Below, in pieces: positions 33,099 through 47,462 of a stretch of 64,000 nt of DNA. Each line of letters begins with the position of its first letter. Within the stretch, counting starts at the first letter, position 1. Under the pieces are notes generated by a model, which worked only from the letters and a program-made list of their open reading frames with translations, ran no database searches and was not told the origin of the DNA. A program made the translations under genes and the position numbers. Source of the stretch: Eledone cirrhosa (Eukaryota); the NCBI GenBank assembly GCA_964016885.1, contig OZ024757.1, forward strand, positions 39,494,001-39,558,000, read 5' to 3'.

Positions 33099-33512
33099 TT
33101 TTATATGTATAAATATATATATATGTATATATAATATTTATATATGTATATATTTATATATATTTATATATATACACACATACTATATATATATATATAT
33201 ATGTTTATATGTGTAGGTATGTTGTACTTCATTCTATTGCTATATTCAGTACTACTTTCATAATAACAACTCTACTGTATAAAGATGATGAAATGGGTTA
33301 CATATTAAGACTCTACTAAACCATCGAATATGAAATGTTTTTCCCTCTTATTGTACATTATATATTTTTAAAATAATCCATGGGAAATCTGTTCTTTTTG
33401 TGTACCTTTTATGTTGACTTCTCGTTCGTTTGTTAGTAGTTTCTTGTGTAATTTACTAAATGTGCACAAACGAAGAGCACTTATATATATATATATGTAT
33501 GTATAAATATAA

Positions 33513-33570
<58 letters not shown>

Positions 33571-33598
33571 ATATATACATATTTAAATACATACATAC

Positions 33599-33630
<32 letters not shown>

Positions 33631-33757
33631 ACAGAGAGAGAGAGAGAGATAGGTTCGTATGGATGAATACAAGTGTGAAACAGGAGTAATGTAAAATTAT
33701 ATAAATATATATATGTATATATATGTGGTGTTTGTATGTGTGTGTATGTGGAGGTTA

Positions 33758-33835
<78 letters not shown>

Positions 33836-34202
33836 ATATATAGGTATGCATGCCGAACGTGAAAGCAGCAATGTAAATTTGTATATATTCTCAACACGTT
33901 GCAAATTTTTTTATTTTTTTAAAATCTTTTTAAGTAGATATCAGAGAACTGTGAAGGGAAAAAAAAAGAAATTTATCGGTTTTGAAGTCAATATTCATGA
34001 ATATGTGTGCCTTTATTGACTTATTCCTTATCAGAAACTATATTCCAACGTATACAATTTGTTCAATTTGTCAGTAGATTTCTTTATTCTTCTTTACCAT
34101 TTCTGTGGCTTTCAGATATAGCTTATATATATATATATATATGAATGATATGATATGATATATACATATATATTATATATTGTATATATATATACACACA
34201 CA

Positions 34203-34351
<149 letters not shown>

Positions 34352-34835
34352 GCGTGCGTATATATGTGTGTATGCGTGTGTGGTGTTTATCTTTAAATCT
34401 ATTCAACGCTTTCTTTCTCTTTCGTTTCGTTTTTAACATTTCGCTTTTATTATCAATAAATCGATTCAACTATTTGAAAACCCATATAAAAGATAGAGCT
34501 AATATAAGATAGATAACTGCAATATATTTCAAGAGTACTTTCGACAAGGCGTGCCGTTACTAGAAGGGCACTATCCATTATATAACATTACAAATTACTA
34601 TTCTAAACCAAACCTCTCCTAATTTTCAATATCTCAAAGCTGAAAGAAATATTTGTAAATGCCTATTTCATTTATTGATCTGAGTAAAAAAAAGGTGAGT
34701 ATACCTTTCATACAAGCTGTTCGATGTATCAGAAAGAAAGCTAAAATGGGTTTGTTAATTCAGCAACAAATGTTCAACTAATGACTACATGGAAACAGGA
34801 AAAGAATGTAATAATAATAATAATAATAATAATAA

Positions 34836-35052
34836 ACCCGCGTATAGAAGAAATTCAAACGATAGTACTAATGGGAACTGCCCATATACTAAGGAAGATT
34901 CTGTCAATATAAGTACATCACAAGTCTAAACACCTAAAGATGCATGTGTATGTATGTTCTTTCTTGAACATGGCGGACCTTGTTGTCTCTTGAGGTCACT
35001 GGTTGTGACTTGGTGATAACTCGTATGAACATAAAGCAAGATAAATACAACT

Positions 35053-35056
<4 letters not shown>
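34836..35056 (+). mobile_element. 3' fragment of an R4/Dong-type non-LTR retrotransposon
   Basis: Encodes PRIEEIQTIVLMGTAHILRKILSI*, then a 3' UTR; (TAA)n on both sides. Confidence 0.75.
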
Positions 35057-35127
<71 letters not shown>

Positions 35128-35275
35128 GGAAATTTCCATTTAACTCTAAAAGGATTCAGTAAATATACAAAACAACACTTCTAAAACACACAATAAATAT
35201 TTATAACTTTGGCAAAAGGTCGCACATGTAGTGAAGGAATATTTTAGAAATATAGACTGAGGTTATCCATTGATA

Positions 35276-35425
35276 GGCGGCAAATTTGTAGTCATTAGAA
35301 CGTCGGATTGAGTGCTTTGCAGTAATCGTTTCGGCCCTCTACTCTCTGAGTTCAAATCCCGCCGAGGTCAACTTTGCTTTTGAAGGGCGATAAACAAATT
35401 ACCCGTCTAGTACTGGGGTTGATCA
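35276..35425 (+). mobile_element. SINE copy
   Basis: CTGAGTTCAAATCCCGCCGAGGTCAACTTTGC core. Confidence 0.75.
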
Positions 35426-35485
35426 ATCTTCTATATCTCTTTCTCACTTCTATTCTCTCACTTCTACTATTCTTCTCTGGATATA

Positions 35486-35750
35486 CATCATCATCATCCT
35501 CATCATTGTTTAACGTCTATCTTCCACGCTAGCATGGTTTAGACGGTTTTGTTCCACTTGATGCGGGATTGGTCGGGAGACGATGTTAGCTCGTACAGAA
35601 CTGTCTCTGGCAAGTTTTCTATAGCTGGATGCCCTTCTTGACACCGACCACATTTACAGTATCGACTGGGAACCTTTTTATAGTGTTTCCTACGCTAGCA
35701 CTTTACAGTATGGACTGGGTGCTTTTTTGTGTCACCGACACGAACAGATA
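35486..35750 (-). mobile_element. RTE-related SINE 3' part with an (ATG)n tail
   Basis: CATCATCATC...GTTTAACGTC...GCATGG and GCTGGATGCCCTTC motifs typical of RTE-derived repeats. Confidence 0.55.
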
Positions 35751-36687
35751 GAGAGAGAGAGGCAGAGAGGAATTAGTGGCTTTCCCCCAACTCTTGTCCT
35801 GCTCTGAGTATTGAAACTGTGAATATATCGCAGCTAATTCAAGAACCAAAGGAATTTCTTCTAACCGACAAATCATCACTGCAAATCTAAATATATTCTC
35901 ATTAAAAATAAACATAAATATACTGATTGTATACAGATTAATGCAAAGCTTTATTCTGAATCATTCTATATTAGTAGTATCACTATTTCTGAATATGATC
36001 GGTGATAGATCAAACAACCCCGTAGATACTTTCTATCAACTTTGTTATATTCTACTTTTGCTTTCAACATTCTGACGAGTTTCAGAAACGTAACACTCTT
36101 GTTTGTTTTTACATAAGCGCTATTTACTTGACGTGCGGGCAACAGTAGACTTACATATCAATGCTATTTTCTACTTTAATGTCATTAGTTACATCCGCCG
36201 GGAACTAACATACGTTGTGTGTTTTACTTAATTTATAAACATATTACAGAACACTTTGTCGTGTTTCTCAAGAGACGATCTTTAACTTCACAAGTTAGTT
36301 TCTTCAAGTAGAATTATAACCTGAAGTATGTTGAAGTAAAAATATATTTCTCTGTAATTAAATCCACGGAGAAGTATTGTTTAAAGTGAAATCCAGTTTA
36401 CTCTGCCGATGCCGATGTACCTTTCCACAGATATGTATATATATATATTTATATTTATATATATATAAACATTGATTGCCAAATAAATTAACTATGGAGC
36501 TATGAAAGAGACAGGAGCGAAAACGAACCAAACAGTGAGTGTGTTTTATTATTATTTCTCCTTGTGCCAAAAGTAAAAACAATTATTATTTCTGGCAATA
36601 TTGTTACAACAATATGACCCTCCCCGTCGAAACGGCTTGAGCTCAGCTGTCGGGGTCCTACTGGTTCCTATATATATATATATATAT

Positions 36688-36901
36688 TAGAAAGTGAGGT
36701 TTTCTTTTACAAAATGAAAAAAAACGAGATGTCCTACACGAGTGAAAGTATAATGAGAAAATATGATTTTTAAAAACCACAAACCCTCCATCTCAATCCT
36801 ACTTTTGAAAAGCACAAGAACTGCGAAACCGGTAAAAGAACCAAATAAATATATATTTTAAAAAAAAAGACTCCAGTTGCATTTTCTATTTCATCTTTTT
36901 T

Positions 36902-36905
<4 letters not shown>
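36688..36905 (-). mobile_element. Member of the 2528-2693 family: tail on (-), inverted arm with a degenerate hammerhead (36812-36838, +)
   Basis: Matches 2625-2693 (as reverse complement) and 2589-2631. Contains CTTT-TGAAAA-GCA CAAGAAC TGC-GAAA-CCGG-TA-AAAG. Confidence 0.65.
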
Positions 36906-36979
<74 letters not shown>

Positions 36980-37090
36980 ATTTATGTATGTATATATATA
37001 TATATGTATGTATATATATAGAGTGGGTAATAGGAAAAGAGTCAGGACCCCGACGGCTGTTTCGACAGTTAGATCCGAACTAAACCGCCA

Positions 37091-37165
<75 letters not shown>

Positions 37166-37534
37166 TTTAAAAAAATTCGCTGTACTTACTATACGTGCCT
37201 TTACCGCGGTTTCAAGTTCCAAAATAAACGGATAATCCAACCAAGCGGATTTTCATTGAGAAGGGAACTCTCTTCAGAATGCTCTTCTCACTCGGAGAAT
37301 ATAACATTCCCGAGTTTAAATCACAAACTGACGCCATACAAAACTGTTCCTAGATGAGAGTGAATGAAGAAAGGAAGAATCTTGCCTAGTGCCGTGTGCA
37401 AAGACAGAAGGCCGGGTGGACAGGTCAATGTCCTGCCACTAGAAATAGCAGCAGTATATCCAGGGAGTGCGTCACCAACCAATAAACCTAATGAAGGAGT
37501 AACCATTCGTCTTTCTATTATTGTTATCATTATT

Positions 37535-37639
37535 ATCCCGTCGAGGTTAACTTTGCCTTTCATTCTTACGGGTTCGATAAAATAAAGTACCAGTAATACA
37601 CTGGGTAATTGGTGGCCTTGTGCCAAAAGTAGAAACAAT

Positions 37640-37643
<4 letters not shown>
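37535..37643 (+). mobile_element. 5'-truncated SINE
   Basis: GAGGTTAACTTTGCCTTTCATTCTTACGGGTTCGATAAAATAAAGTACCAG. Confidence 0.8.
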
Positions 37644-37696
<53 letters not shown>

Positions 37697-39332
37697 CACA
37701 TACTTACATATATATGGAAGCAGGCACATCAAATGTGTTAAAGTCAGTTATTGTACCCTTGCTATAAAGATGAACATTTAAAATGTGTTTCCCTCACTCT
37801 GTTAAAATATTCATTTCTCATTCGAATTTCCACAGCACTAACATATGCATGTATATATACATTGACTTCCATCAATGTGTCTATATATACAGACAATGGA
37901 ATATTGTCGAATTTAACTATTATCTCACTATTTCCTTTCCATCGACATACAAACATTCTCCCCGGATTGCCAATCTGCCTCGTTGTATGGTCTGTCACGT
38001 TATTGCATTTTTCCAGTCCAAAGGATAATTTAATATGTCATGATTTGGTTTCAGTGTACACACCATGCAACATTTAACTGTGTCTCAGCTGCATTCTTAT
38101 ATAAGATCAGAATCTATTATACATAACAATGTTTTGTAGCGGATAAAACAAATATCGTTATGTACGCCTACACTGATATAATCGGTGTATAATCGAAACA
38201 TGAAAATACATTCTAAAATGCTTGGCATTCACATAGTAAAACTATTTGACAATGATACTACACAGTGAACGCATTATTCACAATAAATGTTACTCTAACT
38301 ATAATATCATATTAATTCATCTCATGTTCTTAGAAGAACATCAGATAGGCGTGGCTTCCTCGGTCTCGGTGAATAGAATTACAGATGTGAATGTGTTTCC
38401 ATAGAGCAGTTGTTCTCAAAGTGGGTTCCGCAAAGGAGTCCTTGTTGTTTAGGGCTTATGAGAGAGGGGTCCAGCTGGTACTTTGTTTCGGGTCTATGCA
38501 ACATCCATATTGAGAAAAAACATTTGCCAGCTTCGGGCCCCAAAGTGCTCTTGTTCCGCCTTGTAAAATTTCTCTTGGAGGCTCTGTTGGTGCCCCGTGA
38601 AAAAAGATGAAGAGTATACCTATATTACGGCCATAGAACAGTATTAGACTTCAGGGTTCTCCCAAAGGTTTCTGAACCAAAGAGGGTTCCACGTTGAAAA
38701 GGTTCTGGAAGCCCTGCCCCAGAGGATAGCGAGAAAGATACGCCAAAAGAGCCTTTCCAGCATGCTGGGCTCTTTCGTGCGGAGAGCCTTATGCATCGCG
38801 ATCGCAGTAAGTGGTGACTTAGTTTGGTCACTATTCAGACATATACTCCTTTCTACACCTTTATCAACGAGTTGGTTAATCCGATCGTCGAGTTCATCCA
38901 TCATATATTCTGAGTTTCCTACAACATGACTTACCCTAGGCTTAACCCTCACCTCAAACATATTTTTTATGTGAAATATTTATGTAATTAAGTGTTATAT
39001 ACGTTATTTATGTGTACAGTTTCATTCTGTAAGAAGCTACAGCTATTTTCATTAATTCTTTTGCTGCCTTTACAGAGGTATTTTATTTACAAATATTTCC
39101 AGTTGTATGAAATAAAAGTAAACTATTATTATGATATTTATTCTAATGCCGAGCCTAATATCCGGACTTTGTCAGAATTTATTTATTGCAAACTAAATCG
39201 ATCTTTATGAATAATTGCTTCACAAAATATAGTCACGTTCCATTAACTTAAAAATAAATATCATGGTACAGTTGAGTTTGTAATTAATTTATTTCGCATT
39301 GGCATTATATATATATATATGTATATATCCAC

Positions 39333-39398
<66 letters not shown>

Positions 39399-39455
39399 AC
39401 ACAGACATATATATATATATACACAAATATACACGCACACTTTTATATACAGTAA

Positions 39456-39566
<111 letters not shown>

Positions 39567-39782
39567 AGAGAGAGAGAGAGTATATATATATATACAGTAT
39601 GTATATAATAACAAAATAGATGGGCGTGAAATTTAGTAGAGTGTATTAGACTTCAACATAATTAAATGTTGATGCAGTCGGTAATTAGTTATTGTTACAT
39701 ATGAGCTCAAATAGCGCTTGGGTTACCTTTCATCAATTCTGTATTCGGGGGGCGATAGTCGTTGCTATAAACTATAGGAGAT

Positions 39783-40050
39783 GGAAGCGTGTGGCTTAGT
39801 GGTAAGGTTGTTGGACTTATGATCATATTGCCGTGGGTTCGATTCTTGGACTGAGATTTGCTGTGTGTTGTGTGAAAACATGTGGCTATTAGTAAGGGTG
39901 TAGGACTTACGATCATAATGTCGTGGGTTCGATATCTGGCCTGAGATTTGCTGTGTGTTGTGTGAAGACATGTGGCTAAGTGGTAAGTGTGCTGGAATTG
40001 TAATCATAATGTGGTTTCGATTCCTGGCCTAGGTTGTGTTGTGTTGTTTT
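39783..40050 (+). repeat. Three tandem ~90 bp tRNA-derived SINE heads
   Basis: TGTGGCTTAGTGGTAAGG (A box) ... GGGTTCGATT (B box) repeated at ~39783, 39873 and 39963. Confidence 0.8.
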
Positions 40051-40297
40051 GTGTTGTTGAGCTTCACTTAATTTATTTTTTTATATTTATTTTCATTTGT
40101 ACCCCTGCCACCGTTCCCCGTCCCTTTTTTTGCTAAATGTCTCTCCCCACTCCCCTACACACCCTTGGAACACTTTTCGCAAGAAGAAGCGCTTATGCCC
40201 GAAACGTCGTTCCCAATCACCCACCCCCACTCTCAAGAGCGTGAAACTAATAAAGCTTTGTTCGTACTGCCTCTTTGTTTTGTTCCCGTTCCATTTT

Positions 40298-40374
<77 letters not shown>

Positions 40375-40487
40375 TATACATATATATATATTATATATAC
40401 ATGTATATACTATATATATATATACACACTATATATATTTATATATATATATATATACATAAATATATATATGCATACATATATATC

Positions 40488-40563
<76 letters not shown>

Positions 40564-40986
40564 CATAGCGATCTTTTCTCGTATGATGTAATTTGTAATT
40601 CATCTTACAGTTCCTGGGTTCCCAACGTCCAACTTATTATCATCATCAATTCTCGTACTCTATTTACGTACGGAATCTTCTTAATCTATTTTCTCCGAAT
40701 GATGGAATTTCTTATCTTTCTTATGTTTTTTCATTCACTTTCTTCCCCTTTATTTCATAATTGTTTTTTTTTGTTTTGTTTTTCTTTTCCTCACCTATAA
40801 CAACATCTATTTTTCTATCAGTTACATTCGTTTTTGTTTTTTTTTAATTGAATTTCCTTTATTTGTTTTTTTTTTGCATTTTAACGTGTGTTTTTTTCTT
40901 TTTTTATTTAAAGATAAACAAAGCCTACAAATGAATCTCAGAACTAAGCTACTTACAATTCTGTTGAAATTTCCAAATATTCATAC

Positions 40987-41104
<118 letters not shown>

Positions 41105-41204
41105 TAATATATATATATAATATAAATATATATATATATATATTCATAGGTATACATATATAAATATACATATATATACATATGAATACATATAAATACA
41201 CACT

Positions 41205-41264
<60 letters not shown>

Positions 41265-41310
41265 CAGACACACACACACTCACATATATACATACACATA
41301 TATATATATA

Positions 41311-41394
<84 letters not shown>

Positions 41395-41471
41395 TGTGTG
41401 TGTCTGTATTTATATGTATTCATATGTATATATATGTATATATATGTATATTTATATATGTATACCAATGA

Positions 41472-41521
<50 letters not shown>

Positions 41522-41568
41522 GTATGTATATGTATGTAAATATATATATATATGCAAGTATACATATC

Positions 41569-41605
<37 letters not shown>

Positions 41606-41791
41606 ATATATATATATGTGTATATATATATATATATACATACTCCCATGTACGTCAATACTCATCTTTTTCCATTTATCTGAGCGTTCTAAACCCCATT
41701 ATCAGGAAGAAATTCCTTTAGTAAAAAATACGGTGAAAGCAATTCTATTTTCTAATTTCAAACCTGCTCACTGTTTCAAAACATACTTACT

Positions 41792-41827
<36 letters not shown>

Positions 41828-41849
41828 ACACAGACTCTCACATATATAC

Positions 41850-41891
<42 letters not shown>

Positions 41892-42457
41892 GTATATATA
41901 AATATATATATAAATATATATACATACATATATATGGGTGGGGTTACAAATTAAATTGTAGAATATAATAAAAGAAACCTGTTAATTTATATTGTGAAAT
42001 CTTGCGACAGTTCAGACATTATCAATAATGAAATCTGTTATTATTTCGCAGTTCGTAAGTATTACTATACTTTCTTTGTAATTCGTTAATCTAGAGTAAA
42101 TTTCCTAATATGCTATATTAGTAACATATTTTCACTCTCAAAAAAACCTCTACCAATGTAGTTATTTCTAGATCCTTATCCAGTTCTCTATTCACATAAA
42201 TATAGTATATTCTGGTTCAATTACTCTCTTTTATCAGTCGTGATTTTGTTGTACTTTTTGTTTATTTGTTGTTGTTGTTTTTTGTTATTTTCTTGTAAAT
42301 TCTTTCTCACAGTGGATCTCATATGTAAAAATAATGGTTTACAGTTTTGTTAAGGAGTTATATATAACTATATATGCTGAGATGCAACGGTTCTAGCAGG
42401 GAAACCCATGCTAGTCGCGTCAATATATTTATATGTAAACACACACACATACACACG

Positions 42458-42522
<65 letters not shown>

Positions 42523-42577
42523 TATATATATATAATGAATATGTATATAAATATCATATGATCTATATATATATATA

Positions 42578-42621
<44 letters not shown>

Positions 42622-42626
42622 GTACA

Positions 42627-42668
<42 letters not shown>

Positions 42669-42669
42669 T

Positions 42670-42975
42670 ATAAAAACAAATAACGAAACGAAATTAAATT
42701 TCGTTTCGTTTGTAACTCACTTTTGTATGACTGACGCTTAAACAATTAAGTTAAAAATGTACATCTACATATGCATACTGAAATACTAGTGTGTATATGA
42801 ATACACACACGTATACATATGTAGGTGTACCAAGTCTTTCACTGGTCGCTTTACAGTGAGCGGCCCAGCTATTCTGTAAGACTTGGTACACCTACATATG
42901 TATACGTGTGTGTATTCATATACACACTAGTATTTCAGTATGCATATGTAGATGTACATTTTTAACTTAATTGTA
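42670..42975 (-). mobile_element. Truncated fold-back copy of the 2876-3385 family
   Basis: 42670-42878 is highly similar to 2876-3082; arms 42742-42838 / 42878-42974. Confidence 0.85.
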
Positions 42976-43127
42976 TATTATATTATATTATATATATATA
43001 TATAATATGAATAACTCTGGAAAACATATAACTGTTGAGTGGTTCCAATCTATTGTAAAACTCATTTTTTGATGTATTCATTGAACCTTGTTTAACTTTT
43101 AAATATATATATATATTATATATATAT

Positions 43128-43321
43128 AGTTCTAGAATCAGACAGATCCATACAATGATCGTGTCTCGAGCTGTCTGCCGGCGAAACATTTGTAACACAC
43201 AATAAATTAAGTCCAGATGTATCACTGATTTTTCGTTTTATATTATATCACACTCTGCTCTGTAAGAACATAGAGTGCTCAACCGTCATACCGCCTATGG
43301 AAGCATCATAGCTACCATTAA
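43128..43321 (+). mobile_element. Short element with a core-deleted hammerhead (43161-43198) and tail hairpin
   Basis: GTGT-CTCGA-GCTG TCTGC CGGC-GAAA-CATTTG-TA-ACAC; CACTCT...AGAGTG in the tail. Confidence 0.6.
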
Positions 43322-43337
43322 ACACACACACACACAC

Positions 43338-43406
<69 letters not shown>

Positions 43407-43407
<1 letters not shown>

Positions 43408-43594
43408 CGAAGGAATTGTGGTAAGGAACCAGATGGACCATAACGCACCAGAGTACTCAATACTTAGGGTAGTAGAGTGGGAAATAGGAAAAAGTATGAC
43501 CCCGACGGCAGAGCTCAAGCCGTTTCTAGGGCTATATCTGGAAATAGCCGTCGAAACGGCTTGAGCTCTACCGTTGGGGTCATATTTTTACCTA
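43407..43594 (-). mobile_element. Fold-back hammerhead-half family copy
   Basis: Homologous to 31895-32084. Confidence 0.8.
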
Positions 43595-43672
43595 TATATA
43601 TATATTTTTGGCTAACTTTGGAATGGAGTAAATTTATTTAGGATTAAACTTAGGAAACTGGCACGTTTAAGA

Positions 43673-44083
43673 TCTGTAATAGCAATAAACTATATTAATA
43701 AATTAATACGTGAGTTTTGTATCGAATAATAATAATATTATAATAATATTAATAATATTCGATTCGTTTGCAAGCAAACAACCTCAGAACGCTATGTTTT
43801 TATGACGACTATCGTCATCCTTTTGTGTTGCAGAAAAGGAGCTACACAATCAAGATAAAGAACCCTAACCCTAAACCTAACCCTTACCCTAACACTAACC
43901 GTAGCCCCGAAACATTTTTCGGTTGTTTCTCTATGTTACCGCTAGACAAAAGGCTGACAGTAGTCGTCTAACATATATAGCATTATGAGGCTGTTTGCTT
44001 GCAAACGTATCAACTATTAACAAAATTATTGTTCGATATAAAACTTAGGAATGAATATATTAATGTATTTTATTATTACAGCT
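43673..44083. mobile_element. Diverged fold-back/MITE-like element with internal telomere-like (CCCTAA)n
   Basis: ~43673-43826 is imperfectly mirrored at ~43946-44083 (e.g. CGTTTGCAAGCAAACA / TGTTTGCTTGCAAACG). AACCCTAACCCTAAACCTAACCCTTACCCTAACACTAACC lies at 43861-43900. Confidence 0.7.
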
Positions 44084-44159
44084 CTCCGCCTAATACTTGA
44101 TGGTAATCGCCTTTTTTTTTTAAATTAAATTTCACCGTCTAGCCAATAAAGTAAATTAT

Positions 44160-44745
44160 TATTGTTGTTCTTGGTGGGGTGGAGGTGTTAGATTTCTTGA
44201 TGTTGGTGTTGTTGGTATTGGTGTTGTTGGTGTTGGTGTTGTTGGTGTTGGTGTTGTTGGTGTTGTTGGTGTTGGTGGTGTTGGTGTTGGTGGTGTTGGT
44301 GTTGGTGTTGGTGTTGTTGGTGTTGGTGTTGGTGTTGTTGGTGCTGTTGGTGTTGGTGTTGTTGTTGTTGGTGTTGTTGGTGTTGGTGTTGTTGTTGTAG
44401 TTGTTGGTGTTGGTGTTGTTGGTGTTGTTGGTGTTGGTGTTGTTGGTGTTGTTGGTATTAGTGTTAGTATTGGTGTTGTTGGTGTTGTTGGTGTTGTTGG
44501 TGTTGGTGTTGGTGTTGGTGTTGGTGTTGGTGTTGGTGTTGTTGGTGTTTTTGGTGTTGGTGTTGATGTTGTTGGTGTTTTTGGTGTTGGTGTTGATGTT
44601 GTTGGTGTTTTTGGTGTGGTTGGTGTTGGTTGTGGTGATATTTTAGGTGGTGTTGTGGTTGATGCTGTTTTGGGTGTTGTTGGTGTTGGTGTTTTTGTTG
44701 TTGTTACTGATTTTGTTGTTGGCATTGTCGTCGTCGTTATCATTC
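44160..44745. repeat. (GGTGTT)n/(GTT)n low-complexity tract
   Basis: Directly visible; gives a Thr/Pro-rich ORF on the minus strand. Confidence 0.9.
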
Positions 44746-45234
44746 TGGTTATCTTTGATATTAATATTAAAATAAAATAAAGTAACTAATACGTATAGAA
44801 TTGAAGACAGCACGATATTTCTATTAGAAAATATGACAAACCATATTACAATATAATAAACCAGACGATATATTTCTATTAGAAAAGATGATAGAGTCAG
44901 TAGATAAGCTTATCAAAAGAAAATAGCATCTTCTACGTTTTTTTGTTCTTACAAATATCTACATATATTATCTTAGAATCATTTAGGAGATGTAAATTTT
45001 ACTTAATTATTTATATGATGGGCCGACGGCAATAAATGTGTTTCTAGGAGTCTCTTTTTAAGATTCTGCTTACACGAATTGGTTTGGTGTGCAAAACATA
45101 TACAAACATATACATTTATAGATACACACATACACTTGTGTATATGAGGGTGTGTATTTGCTTGATAGATATGCACATACTAACACACACACACAGGCGT
45201 ATATATATATATATATATATACATATATCTATTT

Positions 45235-45367
<133 letters not shown>

Positions 45368-45523
45368 TCAGAGAGAGAAATTGATAGATATGCGTATCTA
45401 TACATGTAAGCGTGTGTGTCAGTGTCAGTGTGTATTAGAGTATGTACATGTGTGTGTGTGAGTTTATGTGTGTGAAAACGCGTGTGTGAGTAGTTGTTTG
45501 CGTGAATGTGTGTATGTGACCGC

Positions 45524-45555
<32 letters not shown>

Positions 45556-46246
45556 ATGAGTGTGTGCGAGTGCGCATATATGTGAGTCTGTATATGAGTG
45601 AGTATGTGTGTGTAGAAGGGAGAGAACTGACATTTTATGAAACAAAAAAATATTTTTTTTTTTATTGAATTATACAAATTTATTAAATTTGGATTTTATT
45701 ACATCTAATATTCATTTGTTTATATTTATCATTCACATTTCTTGTCAATCTAATACGAAGGAATATTTTCTTGTTGTTTAAATATAAATAACAGATTTGC
45801 TATAATTCTATACAGTGTGTAATTGTGTGTGTGACCATTGTAAAGGTGCTCTGTATGAAATACAATTTTAAAGTACCATAGGAATCGTGCATAAGAAAAT
45901 ACAAAAGTCTATTTATTTATATATATATTTACATAAATGTGTAAATGTCGGTTCTTTTGTACCAAAGGCGGACACATATATTCACAAATACAACACTTAT
46001 TATGTTGATCAAATCTCAGCGTATTTCCGTTTGGTCGCCCACAGAAAATGAAATATCAAATTGAAGATAAAGACAAATTTCATAAAATATATAACATATT
46101 TATATAAATATCATAAATAGGATATATATACCCACAAATCATATGTATATATATATATATATATGTGTGTGTGTGAATGTGTGTGTGGGAGGGTGGGTCG
46201 CGGGTGGATGTGTGTTTCCGCGTGGTGTGTTAGTTTATATACATAT

Positions 46247-46311
<65 letters not shown>

Positions 46312-46452
46312 ACATAAGGTTTAAGACTTAGACATTCTCTATCTTCTCGTTTACTTATCTACTATCCACCCCCCCCTCTCTCTCTCTCTCTCTGTGTTTT
46401 CATACGTATTCATAAAGTGCTCATATTGGTGGAACAAAAGTAACACATTAAG

Positions 46453-46516
<64 letters not shown>

Positions 46517-46518
<2 letters not shown>

Positions 46519-47122
46519 TGGCTGCCAACTCGTTTTCGAGTACGGCCACTACTTTATATCCATCTAGGAGAACCCCTACCGATGCGCTAAACAAGTGTGA
46601 CTTTTTAGTCCAGCCAGCGACTTGAAAACTCTGGTACAAACACTACACCTGTGACAATCATTGACAAATAGTGCTGGGCACATGGCACCATGTGAGGACA
46701 AGTGCAGAGAGATCTCCAGATATAAAGCAATGCCTGTGCCGTGAAGCTTTTATAGTGAGCAAAGGCACTGTACAAAGCCAGTCCCACTCTCTTAACCAAG
46801 ATGATATTTACCAAAAAGAAGAACAAGTCAACATCATTGGATACCATCAGGGTTGCAGGTGTTATATCAGAGTTTTCCTTCTCCTAGAATTCTGCCTTGA
46901 CAAAGGCTAAGGGGTCATCTCTCCCGGTGATTTTGGATGGCCATTGACTCTTAAGAGCTCCTTTGCCCTTTGACAGGTTTTGTTTTTAGTCCTGCAGGAT
47001 GTCCAAAGTCACCCACTTCACCAAGAAACCTTGGTGGGGTTGCCAGTTTAGTCGCCAACGACCCGACCATGAGACAGGTTGTACTGGGATACATGTTACC
47101 AGTAGCACCAACTGGTGACCTG

Positions 47123-47126
<4 letters not shown>
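46517..47126 (-). mobile_element. Internally deleted (bipartite) RTE-type non-autonomous element
   Basis: 3' part matches 26991-27233. 5' part has TCTAGGAGAAGGAAAACTCTGA (minus strand), resembling RTE 5' UTRs. (TA)n on both sides. Confidence 0.65.
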
Positions 47127-47158
<32 letters not shown>

Positions 47159-47388
47159 TATATATATATGAGTCCCGAGTTCAATCGTGGTTAAATACAG
47201 TAAGTAAGGTACTCAATGCATTAGTAGTGTGTAAACAACAAATCTCTCTCTCTATATATATATATGTTAAATTTGTTCATATATATACATATATATATAT
47301 ATGAATACATATACATATAGCTTATATAAGCTATATATTCTGAATACATAGAACGTACAACTGAGGCAAAACTGGGAGAAATCTGCGC

Positions 47389-47462
<74 letters not shown>

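Noticed and set aside
47040-47123. Twister or HDV-like ribozyme call at the RTE 5' end
   Set aside because: Only a partial resemblance (TAA-CAT..TCCC..ATG..GGG); P1 could not be paired by eye, so it was not annotated.
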